A stretch of DNA of 54,594 nucleotides, filler included, from Sphacelaria rigidula (GCA_964200075.2; 4 parts of 4 records of this genome joined end to end with filler, not necessarily neighbours in it); one strand, 5' to 3'; shown: positions 1 to 13,575, numbered from the whole stretch's first letter. Notes: generated by a model from the sequence alone, not told the origin. Translations and numbers: made by a program.

Positions 1-3000
1 TTTTTCTTGTTTTTTGTCCTCCCCCGTTAATTTCCAACCCCCCCCTCCGTCCGTCCTTTTCGCCCCCCCGCCCACCCCCCCCCCCCCCCCCCCCCCTTCA
101 GTTCCCCCCCGTCCACTGGAAACCCCCGAATGTCTCCGGACTGTCAGCCTGTGAAAATATTCCGAGGCAACGCTCGCTGTCTGAGGGTTAACAGTCCAAA
201 ACCTGGTATATGACGCATTATAAAATATGTACAACTTTGGTGGAGTCGGATTTTGGCAGGGGGTGCATGGTGACACAGGAGCGAGAAAACAGCCGTCATT
301 CTGTCACAATATTTTCTATACACTGAATATGTACACAACTGAAGAAGAAACCCCTTTCCCCGGAGCTTTATGCACGCTTCCCCCCTCCCCAACATGATCT
401 CACGGGTGGTATATCTACCGCTTTGACCTCTTACACACGAACGGCGACGCACCTCGACACATGAGTGCACCGATAGAACGTGTGAAAAATGAAGTCTTTA
501 CTCACGCTTTTCTATCCCATCTTCAAGCATGATTGGGGGTGATATCTACCGTTTCGACTAGTTGCATAGACAGCACTGGCCCTGAGCACGCGGGAGGCAT
601 TGTTCGAATGGCTTCACCGAAAATATTGCTTTATGGCCCGTTTCTCCCTCTGTCCCCTTTCTTTGGCATAAAATCAACGCATCTCCTACCTAACACCTCA
701 GCGGGGAGGGGATTTAGTTGGATGTTTCAGCCATTTGCGACCGGACAACAATTCAACTTCGACTTAAGCTGTTTGTGAGCGGACTAAATGATGATTCCTC
801 TAAGCGCATGAAAGGTATATCAAAACATGGGTACTCTATTACTATGCATACCTAGGATCGTCAGGGGTACCACCGTTCGTTTGCGACAAGACAGAGCGGT
901 GGATAGCACCCTGAGACATCACCGATGCAAGAAGCTACTTTTTTATATTCATGAGTGTATGCACTAAATGTTCGACTCTGGATGAGGTCTTCAATGTACC
1001 AAAACAGCCGAACCACAAGACGGGCGACAATAGCCCGCAAGTTGGTCGAAGTTCAAATGCGTTGGTCAAAACCCGTCGGTCCAAGTGCGGCGACTTCGTA
1101 TGGCGTTTGCGAAGCCGGACTTCGGCCGATTCGGCCGCAAGTTCTTCCCACCTCTACTAATTCCACAGCGTAGATGCGATTCCCGAAATACCTTTCTGAT
1201 AGCCCGTCTCGAATACCCCGAATTGGTAATTCTCCACTGTAAAATGGTGATTATCCAGTGAAATGAGGGTTAATACCGCAAAAGGCATCTACGATTCGGC
1301 GTCTCCACCAAATTTCCAATCGGGCCATGTTCCTCTTTCTTGATTTAATTCAAGATTAGGCCCGCAAGACTTGGGCCTACTGGAGTACCGCGGAAGTGCC
1401 CCCAGGTGCATCGCTTATTTGGAGCCCCTTGGGTAAATGGCACGTTTCCTCGGATGGTGGTCTGGGAGTTCTCCAGTGGATCATATGAACCGTGGTGTGT
1501 AGTGTATAATCAACCACTGGTGTTGCACAGGATCAGTACCGAATCAGTGTCTTCTGTGAAGTCTACTCGTTAACGGCTTTTGCCCGATAACGATCGGTTC
1601 CGCGCAGTTAAGCTTTTCATTTTCTGTGTTGTATTCTCGTCGGTGATCGAGGGATAGTGATGAGTGTTTCCTGTGCAGTTTTATCATGACCTATGAACAA
1701 CGCGAATGACAAAGTCGTGCATGCGATCGCCAGCCCATACACAAGGGCTTATCCTCTTCTGAGCATCATTTTTCTCTCTACATTTTTATAGTGTCACCAA
1801 ATCATATATTCAGCGCCGACACTCCACATTATCCTTTGCCTTGGGAAACGCTCCATCGAGCGGTGACGTGAAGCGCCAAAAACATTTTAACAAATATATC
1901 AGTTTCTTATCGTCTTGAATTGCATCCATGCAGACAGGTGTAAAAACGCTGCATTTCTTCCACCTAATTTCAGATTACATACATTTCGGGGCCATTTCGT
2001 TCTATGAAACTCTGAGAAGCCAGCATTTCTTCTTTACTTGATTTCATACTACAGTTTTTCGCTGACTGTACATATCAGCCTCTTCGCTTGCATTTCGCTG
2101 GACATTAGGGTGCGTTCCGGTTCTGCTTGGACTTGGAGTGCATACGCTTTCCGTGCTGTGTTCTGCATGACGTTTCGACGTTGCGATGCGTTCCGTTCGA
2201 TGCATTTCCTCCCTGGACGTCTCTGTGGATTCTTTCACCGTCGGAGATGCCATCACTCGATCGCATATAGGCCACATTTATCCGTGTAACTGGCATCCTT
2301 TTCACGTGGAAATTGAATCGGCCTCGTGCCCAGTCGAGTCGGAACTGTATGAAGCGGCAGAATGTTATCGCTCTCCGTTCCACTCTTATGGCACACCTCG
2401 AGCATGTTGTGATCTTGCCCGCATGTCGCATCGTCTCGACTGTACCTCCCTTTGACTGTCTTGGGACTGCCGTCTACTGTACACGCGATTTTTGTTATCA
2501 TAAGGCTCTGAAAACAACGGCTTTTATTTTTTCAGATTTGATTCGTCTGAAAAGCTTTGCGCGAGGTCGTACCTCTTTGACCGCGAGCATGGGCCATCTG
2601 TGAAAATCAGCATCAGTTTTACTAAAAAAATACACTGCATAACCAGATGACCTACCCTCGCGGGGTAACGGATAAACAACATGCTCAGTTGATGAGCAGC
2701 CACTCCGTTTTCTTTTCAAGTATGGCCTGTGCCACTGCGCAACGCACGCAATGAGCACCGATTCGCGCGCGGCTTACACTATTCATTGCTTCTCATTGGA
2801 TTCTGAACATATTCAATCAACCCTTGGGTCTCGAGGATAGGTCACCCGCCGAGTCGGCATCAATATTCTCTTGACAAAAGTGTGCGTGATCCAGATGGAC
2901 TTCCTGCATCACGGCCTAAGGATTAAGCAAGGTCACGCACAGCTCAGGTGATGACCATCTACGGCTCTAGCTGTGTATTTTTGATTTTGCGGGGGCAATG

Positions 3001-3647
3001 AGTTCCAGAGGTTCACCTTTAGTAGTGTTGGGTTCATCAAGTGTCAAGCCTTGTGATGTGTCCCTGTGGACGTGGCACCTATTTTTCTCTTCAGATGATA
3101 AACGAAGCAAGAATATTTATTCTTGGAATCGGCATCATCATCAAAATTCAATCGTCGCGCACAACATGCTCAGCTGGTGAGCAGGTACGGCCTCTCCAGA
3201 CTATGACATTTGCCATTACGCAACGCCCAAACCCATCACCGGTGCTCATATATCTTGGATGTCGATCCACTGATCGTGGTGGCGAAGCCGCCGCAACCAT
3301 GTATATACCCTGTATATATGAAAGTAGTACAATGCACAGCAGCAAGTAGGGTGGAACCGTAGGGAGATGTCGGAATATACAAGAGGCCCATCAAAACAGC
3401 ACAGGAACCACAGCCCCCCGCCCCTCGCATCCACCTCAGTGCGACTACGAGAAGAATCGCCAAAAAAATGAGCGTTTTTCGTTTTTCCGACTACTGCACT
3501 GAAATTCATTTGCTTGGGAGGCTGCGGCTCGTGGGGTTGGTTCGTGGGTCCCCCTGAGATATATATGGTAATCCTATCTCTTGTTGCGGCCGGCGTTCTG
3601 TTGGTCGCACTGTTGTGCATCGAGGCATACTCCTTGCGTATGCGACA

Positions 3648-4514
3648 TTGATGGATTGATTAATTGTCTCACATTAGCTGCAACAGTCCAGCCCGCGGTC
3701 AAGAGCAGCAAAAAAAAAAAGAAAAAGAAAAAAAAGGAAAGGAACAGAAGAGGACAAAAGGAACAGCTGCAGAAAGGAAATAAGAAAACACACACAGGAA
3801 CACATGAACACATAGACACGAACACAAACAGCACAACGAGACGATTATCTCGAATAACGTAGCTGATTGCAAGAATCCAGCTCGTGATCAGAAACAGAAA
3901 AAAAATGGAGAAAAATTGAAGAACGGAAAAAATAGAAAAACAAAACGTAAATGAAGAAATACAAGAGACAACAAGGCAGAGCCAGGCTGGTTCCGGGGGT
4001 GGGGGGGGGTGGGGATCACAGACAAAACAACAAGACAGACATGGAACAAGAGGTAAGCAAATCAGAGACAGGAACCAAACACAATGCTTTATGACGAGTT
4101 GGTGTTGGTACTGTCGGTCCCAGGTGCTGTCAGTGCATCTTGACCTACAGCTTTCGCGTGCCGTATCGCTGTCTCTGCATCATCCTTTTGGAACTAGTCC
4201 GCCATAAACTCTTCTGCTCCCTGTTCAACACAGCTGTGCCACTCTACTGCCTTCAAGGCTTTGGTAGTCCATTCCCGCCATTCGATACTGAACGCCTTCA
4301 TGTCTTCCGTTAGGCAGCGGATCCAATCCTTGTGCCTGGCGTTAAACTCTCCTTGCTGCCCCTTTACCACTATTATTTCAGCGAACATGACGTGTTTCGG
4401 TATCCGCCCGGGTAACATGCGCGTGACGAAACCGGCGAAGTGGAGTCTCCTCTTCCTCACCGCCGTCTCGATGCTTTCGTATCCTGTCCTCGCGAGGGTC
4501 TCTCGGTATGACAT
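3648..4514 (-). mobile_element. 5'-truncated RTE-clade non-LTR retrotransposon (ORF C-terminus, 3' UTR, short-repeat tail)
   Basis: ORF 4194-4514 (SYRETLARTGYESIETAVRKRRLHFAGFVTRM...RIPKHVMF...W..CL.ED) resembles the RTE ORF C-terminus. It is followed by a T-rich UTR ending TGACCGCGGGCTGG...GCTAATGTGAGAC and an (AATC)-like tail. Confidence 0.8.
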
Positions 4515-4880
4515 ACAGCATGGTGGTAGTACAAGCCCCGTATAAGTCTACTCCTACAGTACTGCACGGTGACGTCCTGCTTCTTCCCTGGGTGCACGGA
4601 CGGGTGGGGCGCCGGCGCCTTGCGGGCCGAGCCGTGCTATTGCTGTTCTGCTGTTATAAATAGGCGTTCTGCTCAACGCATATGTTGAGCATTGAGGCTT
4701 GCACCTCTCGTATTCGACATACAGCATGGTGGTACAAGTTTCGAATCAAGCTACTACAATAATACAGTACTGCACGGTGACGTGCTGCCTGTTCCCCGGG
4801 TACACGGCCGGGCGGGGCACCGGCGCCTTGCCCGCCAACCCGTGCTACTGCGATTCTGTAGTACAGCTGTTGATCGCGTG
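4510..4880. repeat. Diverged tandem duplication (~206 bp period)
   Basis: GACATACAGCATGGTGGTA...TACAGTACTGCACGGTGACGT...CCGGCGCCTTGC...CCGTGCTA occurs at ~4510 and ~4716. Confidence 0.85.
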
Positions 4881-7125
4881 CTGCCAATATATCTTGCTTC
4901 ATGACCATGATTTTATACTGTCCACAATGGGCCCGACCTATACGCGGACTACTGTGGCATGTTTCGCTCGATGGCCACGCTCGACGACAGGTGCGTCGGT
5001 GCTTGCTCCAGCCGAGCCACCCTCGCTTGGATGTTGTCACCTCACAATCATCACCATCTTCCGCACCTGAAACGCTAAAGATAGGTGATTTTCGTCCATT
5101 TGCATCATAACGAACTATCATATTCTCATGTAGACCAGTACTCTGTACACAGTATAATAAATACGACAAAACAGCAAAGGTACCATCACATTTTAATATA
5201 GAACAGTACTCTGTACTCAGTATAATATCGATGACAAAACGGCAAAGGCGGGGGAGGCAAGGCGAAAAGGCAGACTGCATTCTTAACTCAAAACCCCAAC
5301 GTTGCTGTCGGTGGCATTCCAGCGTATCGAAAGCGCGGACGAAAAACGACGTGTGGCATGCAATTCATCAGGGATGATAAAAACGGAAATCATGGTTGAA
5401 GAGAAAAATAGATGGGCCGGGGAAACAAAAGCGAACGCAAGGCAGCAGACACCTAGACGCTGTTAGCCCCGTCTTGCGTTGTAGCCTACGTCTCCTCGTC
5501 CCAGCAGTCGCAGCTGTGCACGTAGCACGCGAAATATTCTACACCGGTGTTGGTGAATCACGTCTATTGCGTGGGTCACAGTACGACCGCGCCAGATGAC
5601 GCCGCTAACATTGCGCAGTCGCTCCCAAGGGGCCGGCAAACCAGGACGCTGCTCCCACAGCAGGACCACGTGCACCTGCACCTGCACTTGCCCCAGACGA
5701 ATCCTCAGATTCCCATATATTTGTCGCACGGTTGGCGAGAGTTGCGCTCGTGTGAAGATTATCACATGTGCTGCTTCGTTTGAGTATGCACATTACCATA
5801 GGTCCATAGCGTTTTGCGGTGGAGCCCGTCGTTGGCAGACGGTGTACACAAGTTGTGTGCCGATACCTTCGTGTGGCTTTCGTATAGTGATTATAGTCGT
5901 AGCCGGCACCGAGCACCGGTCGCTGTCTTCGTTTCAGCTTGTCTAAGCTTTGGTATTGCCTTACCATAATAAAAGGTCGGTTTTCCTCCTGTGTGACCCC
6001 GGCTGGTGCGCCCACGTATACCGACAGGTGTAGACCGGCGTCTAGAATAAATAAGACAATACATACGCATTGAAAATATTTGTCGATGAATGAGCTGTTG
6101 CGCATGTTCGAACCTTGATCAAACATCGTATTGTGATGTATGAGGCATCTGCGACACTGCAGCCGCAGCGGCGGCGCTTCTCCCTATCTGCCGGAGGTAT
6201 ATCGCTTTTACCAATGCAATGAAGCACCGGATGCCGCTTAACTGGAGTCGTGCGCCGCGTGGTTGCTTGCCGTGCCGCTCGTGCATGGTGACTGCCTTTT
6301 ACCGCTGACCTCCCGGAACGTGGATCTGACCCTGGAGCATAGAAATTGAAAGATAAATACTTTTCCCCCGTATGTTACAAGAAAACCTGCCGACAGTCTA
6401 TAGAAGCACACGGTGGCATAAGGTGTGACGATTCATCCGGTAAAAACCGTGACATGTGGGCATATGATGATACACGAAACAAACACACGAAGGAACTAGT
6501 GTTGGCAGAACTTATTTTCAACCAACACCCCCCACGATTTGCACTCACGTTCCAAGAGGATTCATACGTGTGTAGTGGGCAAGAATTCGTGGTACTTGGA
6601 GCTACTGCTCACGTGTGTAGCGTGTCCCCGTGCAGATGCCATGGTCATGTGGGGTGTGTCTCCATGACACACAGAAATTTCCAACGTCAATTCCTCTGAC
6701 TTTCGTCACACCAACACCCGTTTACAGGCGAAACAATATGCGCTCAGTCCACCCCGTCGTTCATCGATCGCAATCGCGGCCAGGAGACACGTAAAGAAAC
6801 GTGCATGGAACACTCGAACACCCTGACAACTGATCCGCCCTTCATAGCTCGATCCACATGCCGCACAAACCCCCATTCACGTGTGTACTTGACCCACCAG
6901 TGCTAGGCATGGTGCGGTTGTAGTTGGACATGGTATCCATGTCTGTGCTGTTCCATGTTTGTGATATCGTACCGGGTAGGGTGGTGTATTTGTCCGTCAG
7001 GAGAATGATATTTCGAAGTCCACTTCTACTATAATACGTTCACGATGTAGAAACCCGCGTCCAGGCGACAAAACAAACGCGAGATTTGGGGTTCATACGC
7101 AGGAGAGTCATGCAGCCTGGTACGT

Positions 7126-7800
7126 TATCAATTATTATTATTATGTTCGTCACATTAGCTCGATCTCTCGAACCGGTGGTCACAGAGAGCAAGAAGCATA
7201 CCACCCATACCCACAAATCAAACAGCCCGCAGAGGAAGGCAAGAAACAAAACATCAAGACGAAAAAGGGCACCTACACTACGACAGATCCGTAGAAGACC
7301 GATTGAAATACAGGAGATCTACTGGAATCTGGAAAGTCCCCGCGTGTGATCTCTCCGACTACTTTGCCACGTACTGGTGTATACACAGAGTAGTAACAGC
7401 GAGTAAGCCGATAACGGAAACGGTCGCGTAGAACATAGACTAATCCCTAAATTTCTAGAGTGCTATTCAAAGGGATCCTCTACAGAGCCTGCGCACAGGA
7501 GACTGAACAACGTCATATAGGAAGATAAAAAAAAGACAAGAGGAACAGAAAAAGGAAGAGCCGATGGCAACGAGGACGGAAAGCCAGGTAGTACGATCTT
7601 CCTCGGGATCTGGTCAAGGAGCATCGTTATCGAGCCACAACGGACAGGGCGTGTCTAGCCCACACACGGCATAGTGCTATCAGCGAAAAACAGAATCTGT
7701 TCAGAGTGTCCTATATTCAACTATGAAAACATGGGATAACATCTGTACGTGGTTTCCACAACAAACAAGTATCAAAAAAACAACAAAAAACTAATACCCC
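7126..7800 (-). mobile_element. Non-LTR retroposon 3' UTR relic (5' boundary uncertain)
   Basis: The minus strand ends TGACCACCGG...AGCTAATGTGA followed by a (TAA)n tail, the same terminal motif as the RTE copy at 3648-4514. Confidence 0.55.
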
Positions 7801-9459
7801 GCCCTCAACGACATTAGCCGCCAGCTCTGCTCTTCTCCGCTTTCAAGGTCTTCTTCGAAGTTGATCGCCTGACGCTCCCATCTGTCCTCGCCAGCGTCCA
7901 TGGCCAACCCAACTGCCCATCCTCGTCGGTGTCCATGATGCCAAACAGTGCCCCCTTTGCTTTCTTTCGTGATGAAACGTTTTTTCCTTCAGTGTGCACT
8001 CGGGTGCTGGTCTGTAGTTGGTGTCTCGTCCAGGAGGCTCAACCAGACCTCACCCGTCCGTCGACGACCGCTCCTCCTCCATCCTTGTCGCCGAAACCAG
8101 TCTACACACCGGGACACGCTCCTTTGTATCAAGGGTGTGCGGGACAGCTTTCGACGGCGGTGTCATCTGCCTCCGCGCACACACCGTATCCCAACATGCC
8201 TGCACTCAGGGTGTTGACACATTATTCTGCTTGTAACGCAGGATATGCCCGCACTCAGGGTGTGACATATCATACCGCTGCACTACAACAGGGGTGGGTA
8301 TGCCTGATGAGCACCGTGGTGACCCAACTCTACTACCACACCACAGCCTTGGCCAAGGATAGTAGTGAGAAGGAATCACTTCTTGAAGGTGATTCCGGCC
8401 CCACACCCGCCGAAAATACCCTCCCTACGCCATACCGGTAAGACCGGTCATGGCCTTCGTTTGAGGACGGGAAACGGAGGTGGTATCAATAGGGCACAAA
8501 ATAGAGCATCAAGTGGTCGGCCCATTTTTGCTGAATCCACATGCCACCGAAGCCTCGTTCATGTTTTTCAGTGGACTCACCCGTCCTAAGACACGCGCTA
8601 CTCTTGCCACCGACACGAGCGATGCACAGACGGGGGCATACGTGTCAGAGAGATAGCTTATAGGGGGTCGGTCGAAGGTTCAATTTTCACATCCGTCGAA
8701 AATTCCACACCTCCGATGTACCAACCATGTGTACTCCTTTGCCCCTGTTCTTTGTACCAGTATCAAGCGTCATTCATGGGCGTGATTCTGAGGCCGTTGG
8801 GCAGGGGTGATGTTCTCGCCTGTCATCGAAACTCGCGAGGGTTGGAGGCGCTTGTTTGCGCTGCTAGCCCAAACCGTGTACCAAAATACTCGTCGCCAAG
8901 GCCGTCGATTGGGATACGATTTTTTGCAGCATCTTCCGCTATTATCACAGCTACAGCTGGCATCCAGGGCATTCATTATCTCACCAAGATCCGAATTTTA
9001 TCACGAATTGAATGGGAAAAAATAGTTTTTTTTGTTGCGATTTTCTCCATCACCGTACCTTCTGTCGCAAAACGCTGGCCAGCAGCTGTAGCTCAGACAA
9101 ATACACGCTGGTGAGTAGCCGTGGCACGCCGCGGTTCTTAGTCTGGGACGAGAAAAATTTGTACCACGTTACGTGGGAACCCCACACAAATCACAAGTAC
9201 TATGGGTGATTTTACGGCGTGCCTCATCAGGGGATGAACAAGATCTGCGATCTGATCGTGTTTTTACTCGGTGACACTTTTTCTCCAATTTGGGGGGGTC
9301 AGGCGCACCCATACCTGTATGCTATACCGCTTTTCTCCGAAATGGCAGTCACGATGAATAGCACGAATAATAGTACCCTGACGGTATACCTTTTTTGGCT
9401 AGGCAGCATGTGCGAAACGTGAACCACCTGAGAACAGCCTCTTCCGGATGTGTATCACT

Positions 9460-9748
9460 ATGAATAATGTTTTCGCGAGACAGAGAGTGAGAAGCGCTCA
9501 ATTAGTGAATGAATCCTTTCAGTTCCGAAATGCCCCTCCACAAGCCCCGACATGCTTTCTGTAGTAGCTTGCCACTGAGGCCCTTGATATCTCTAAGGAG
9601 GATATCGACGTGTAGCTGTAAGCATACGCCAGTGATGGGGTCAAAGAAAAGCACACACGAAATGAAAAATTAGCTAAGTTAAAGCCAATGACCGAAGTCA
9701 CTCTCAATCAGCGCTCTACTCTCAATCTCACGAAAACGTTGTTCATGC
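9460..9748. mobile_element. MITE-like element with ~45 bp imperfect terminal inverted repeats
   Basis: ATGAATAATGTTTTCGCGAGACAGAGAGTGAGAAGCGCT pairs with AGCGCTCTACTCTCAATCTCACGAAAACGTTGTTCAT. A related inverted end lies at 13846-13921. Confidence 0.65.
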
Positions 9749-10924
9749 TGTTTGAATTATTCGATGGAACAACATTCATGCGCGGGATGGTGCTGTAATT
9801 CGTCGAAAAAATCAATCGGAGCTGTCGTTGTACCAACGACGGCTCCGCGTCTATAGATGACTGTTGCATGTGCCCACGGAACACGTAGTACATGTCGGGG
9901 TACATACACACACGGCCAGTTACTGATGTGGCGAATGACAAATTCCGAAAAGCGCAAGATTCGTCTCTCTCAAACCCCACCGTTGTCCCCGTCGCCGAGT
10001 TCCCGCATGCTGAACGCGTTTCTCGAGGCGAATTCCCAACCCGAGGTATTCCGTGAACCCTCGACAAGAGAAGGCTAGATTTACAGATTGAGGATGGATT
10101 TATTTTGAAGATGAAACTTGGGAGCCTCCAAGCCTTCAAAAACATCAAACTGTTGTCAGGAACAAAATGCAGATGCACTACTGTATCTGACCGTGATGTG
10201 TGGCCTCGTTCCTCCTGAAGAAAAATCCATGCGCAAATTGCAGAATCCTGTGTTGATAGAGGATTCCGGTTAATGAGCATAATTTTGTGTACAGGAATTA
10301 ACGGAGGTTAAAACGTTGTGCGGTATATACACGGCATTTTGCAAATGGCGGATGGATTCTTTCGACGTTGAGCGAGGCTACACATCACGGCCGAAGAGTG
10401 CATTTGAATATTTATATCGAAAGTATTTCGACGCTCATGAGGGTTCCCCAAGGTTCATTTGGAAAAATTCAAATCCACCCTCGATTCGTAAAATCCCGGG
10501 TTGAGGGGAGTCCTCGGCCACGCGTGCCTTGGCAGAGGTCAAATCGGCGTCGATCTGATACGAAAAGCATGCTGTGCACTCTAGGCGAGCGCTTGCGTCG
10601 GTGAATCCTGTACAGATCCGATTATGATGATGTACACTGATATAAGTCTTTTCAACCATGGATTTCGTCGCCGAGTTGACGTGAAGTCTACTTGAGGCTT
10701 TCTGTTCATTTTCTCACCAAGGTTTACGCCAGTTTCTGTTCAAACACAGTAGCCCGTGACTGTACTTGATGTTCAGTGCTGAGTGTCTATGTTGAGATTC
10801 GAGTCTTTGTCAAGAAGCTGACAGTGCCAAGCGCTCGCCAGCATACACATCAGTTTTTCACACGTTTGACGAGCACGAGTCTGACTCGTGGCACTCGCAC
10901 TCGTTGGGCTGCTCGTTGATCGTA

Positions 10925-11626
10925 CAAATTATTAGGGCGAGTACTCGAGTCATTGCTCGTTGTGGAAAAAAATAATATGGCGAGCACTTGAGCCATTGCT
11001 CGTTGTGGCAATAATGAATAGAGTGAGGACTCGAGTCATTGCTCGTTGTGGAAAACATTAATGGGGCGAGCACTCGAGTCATTGCTGGTTGCGAAAAAAA
11101 TAATAGGGCGAGTACTCGAGTCATTACTCGTTGTAGCAAAAATTAGTAGGGCGAGCACTCGAATCATTGCTGTGGTGGGGAAATTGCTGACTCGAGAACA
11201 TGAGTAATCGCTCGTGATGAACAATTTGAGTGGAGGAGTCAGCAGTCCGACGAGCAAATAGGTATAATGAGCTCTTGGACGGTCTTGAACCTAGAACCTT
11301 CAAGTTCATATGCAGATCTGCACATGTACACGCGTCAAGCTCCAGAGCTCGTTTTCATTTTATGCAACCCCCCCACCACACACACAGATCAGAATTCTAC
11401 TAAAGGGGCGGAGAGTATGTCTTGAGTAGTCCATTCGTAGGTCGAGCACTCGAGTCGTTGTTCGTCGTGAAAAAAATTAATGACTCGAGCACGCGAGGCG
11501 TCGTTTGTTGTAGAAAATATCAATGACTCGCGCACACGAGTCAGTTCTCGTTGTGAGAAAAAACAATGACTCGAGCACACGAGTCATCGCTCGTTGTGAA
11601 AAAACTGAATGACTCGAGCAACGAGT

Positions 11627-11663
<37 letters not shown>

Positions 11664-12015
11664 GCTGTCTTCACATTAAAACCGTTCCGATATCTGCGCG
11701 TTACATTCGTACTGGGCATCTGATGCGGACGCCATCCGTGGTCACAGAATAGAAAAAAACCAAAAAACCAAAATAGACCCAGATTCAAAACTCACGAAAC
11801 GCGATCCAAGCAAAACAGGAATAAATAATGAAGAAGAAAGGGAGTACATATGGCTAACCTCAGAGGATCCGGTGCCGCAGGTGGCCATTCGGACTTCAGG
11901 GGGTGGCACTCGGTTTTCCAACTCGACGCGCGACAAGTAGAAATGAACAATGAGTCATCGCTCCTTGTAAAACAAATGAGTAACTCGAGCGCACGAGTCA
12001 TGCTCGTTGTGTTTT
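10925..12015. repeat. ~42 bp minisatellite (two sub-blocks, about 12 degenerate units), interrupted by a retroposon
   Basis: Units like AATAGGGCGAGCACTCGAGTCATTGCTCGTTGTGGAAAA (10925-11225) and AATGACTCGAGCACACGAGTCATCGCTCGTTGTGAAAA (11440-11630 and 11948-12015). Confidence 0.9.
11630..11947 (-). mobile_element. SINE or short LINE 3' fragment with (CAA)n tail and target-site duplication
   Basis: The minus strand ends TGACCACGGATGG...TAATGTGAAGAC(AAC)n. It is flanked by CAACGAGTCAT (11619-11629) and CAATGAGTCAT (11948-11958). Confidence 0.7.
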
Positions 12016-12350
12016 CAAAAACATCCACGAGTGCACTCGTTTCGACGAGTAATGACAAGTCCGCCGTGTGCAGCTTTTCCTGAAACAGAGCCGTACTGAT
12101 CCAATGTGCACTCTGCCGTCGTACGCTTTGTCTGGAGTACCTTCTAGAGTCCCCTCGCCCGAGGGTTCCCGGTCTCGCTGGAGATGAGGCTTGGGTGGCG
12201 ATCAGGCAGAGGTCCAGCGGTATCAGTGCGTGTCAACCACGGGATATTCAACGACGAACTCATGTCAACCCATTTGAACCACCTTCTTTCTTGTCTCCTA
12301 TCCACACTTTCATTTCGCTCCTTCTTATTTACTCTTCTACTTTCGCACAG

Positions 12351-12580
12351 GCCAAGGACTCGAGGACATGGTGCCACTGTTCGCGGCTCTGCAAGCAGCC
12401 TGCAAGGGAATAGCAACAAAGGTCCAAAGGGCAGCCATTGCGGGAGCCACGGGGCTGGCCGAGGGCGGGGGTGAAAACGCGGGCGGCGAGCAGCAAAAGA
12501 AGTTGGACGTGGTGTCGAACGAGCTGCTCTGCGGCTTCTTAGCCAGATCCGGAGTTGTTCGGGTGCTCGCGAGTGAGGAG
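12351..12580 (+). CDS. FBP: Fructose-1,6-bisphosphatase class I, single internal exon (partial gene)
   Basis: Acceptor tttcgcacag and donor GAG|gtacgc. Translates QGLEDMVPLFAALQAACKGIATKVQRA...GEQQKKLDVVSNELL...VLASEE, containing the FBPase motifs (G)E.QKKLDV and ASEE. Confidence 0.9.
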
Positions 12581-13575
12581 GTACGCCCCGTGCCCACCGT
12601 CCCACGGTGTGCTCACGCCTTTGTGCACACTGTCCCATTTTGTCGAGTTTTTTCGAAGGCATGCTTTTGCGCTCCCCCTTTCCGATTAGATGATGCTTGC
12701 TATCTGTCGCTAAAAAATGAAAATGATGTTACTCCTGAGCCTCGTATGTAACCCTTCTTCGAAATGGTATCTCGAGAACACGTGACTCAGGCCGTGTCTT
12801 ATCGAGACAGGTGAGATCACTTTCCGTGCGAATTTGTGCTCACATCGACCACTTTCAGTCTCATCGATAACACCTTTCATGTCCAGATGCAAGCCAGACC
12901 GGCGCACAGGTTAAAAAAAAAGGCAATTCCAGCTGTGGCCGTCCAAATTCTCTGGGTTGGTACAGGAAATACGCGACAAGGAAAGATAGCACCTACACCG
13001 CAAGCCTGGGAAAAACACGCAGACACCCACCGCTCACGTGCGTAACGAATAGCTCCATCGCCATTCCTAGCTCACCTATACGCGAAGTCTTTGACGGAAA
13101 TCCGGCCAGTATTCGAAGGTGATCGCGTGCATGTCAATTTCAACCACAACCTGCCGTTGTTTTCCCTCATGTGTGCGTGTTTTCGGCTCATGTCTGTGAC
13201 AAACTATTGTCTTTCGTTGAGTTCTGAACTGGTTTGACCAAAGCAGAGCTCAACGTGCTCCGCTGATTGGTAGCTACGGCTTGAGCTATGTAATTTCAGT
13301 CGTGGGGGTAGCAGCTCCTGGTTTCATGCTCTGCTGTCTCAGGCTGTGTGTCACACCATTGCATGTTCCCCTGCGATTGCCATAGTTATGCTCTTCTTCG
13401 GGCAAACATATAATCTGTCAGCGCTACGTGGCAGATGCTTTTTCCCGAGCCTCCTGGGGGGGTGGTATTAAACCGACCAATTACAGGGGGGGGGGGGGGG
13501 GGGGGCATTTTTTGCCAGCCATAGTGGTTTGACCATTGACAACACGGGGGGCGCAAAGGAAACAGATTTTGGGAA

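Noticed and set aside
140-2900. Degraded transposase or methyltransferase (IVDAFCG on the minus strand)
   Set aside because: Frames are full of stops and no second supporting motif was found.
4540-4860. S-adenosylmethionine synthetase (…QDVTVQY)
   Set aside because: Only a 5-residue resemblance; the flanking conserved motifs are absent.
7814-7999. EF-hand gene (DTDEDGQL)
   Set aside because: The loop lacks the position-12 Glu, and there is no paired hand or convincing splice context.
10925-11630. CRISPR array
   Set aside because: The inter-repeat parts are short, A-rich and mutually similar rather than unique spacers. There are no cas genes and the context is eukaryotic.
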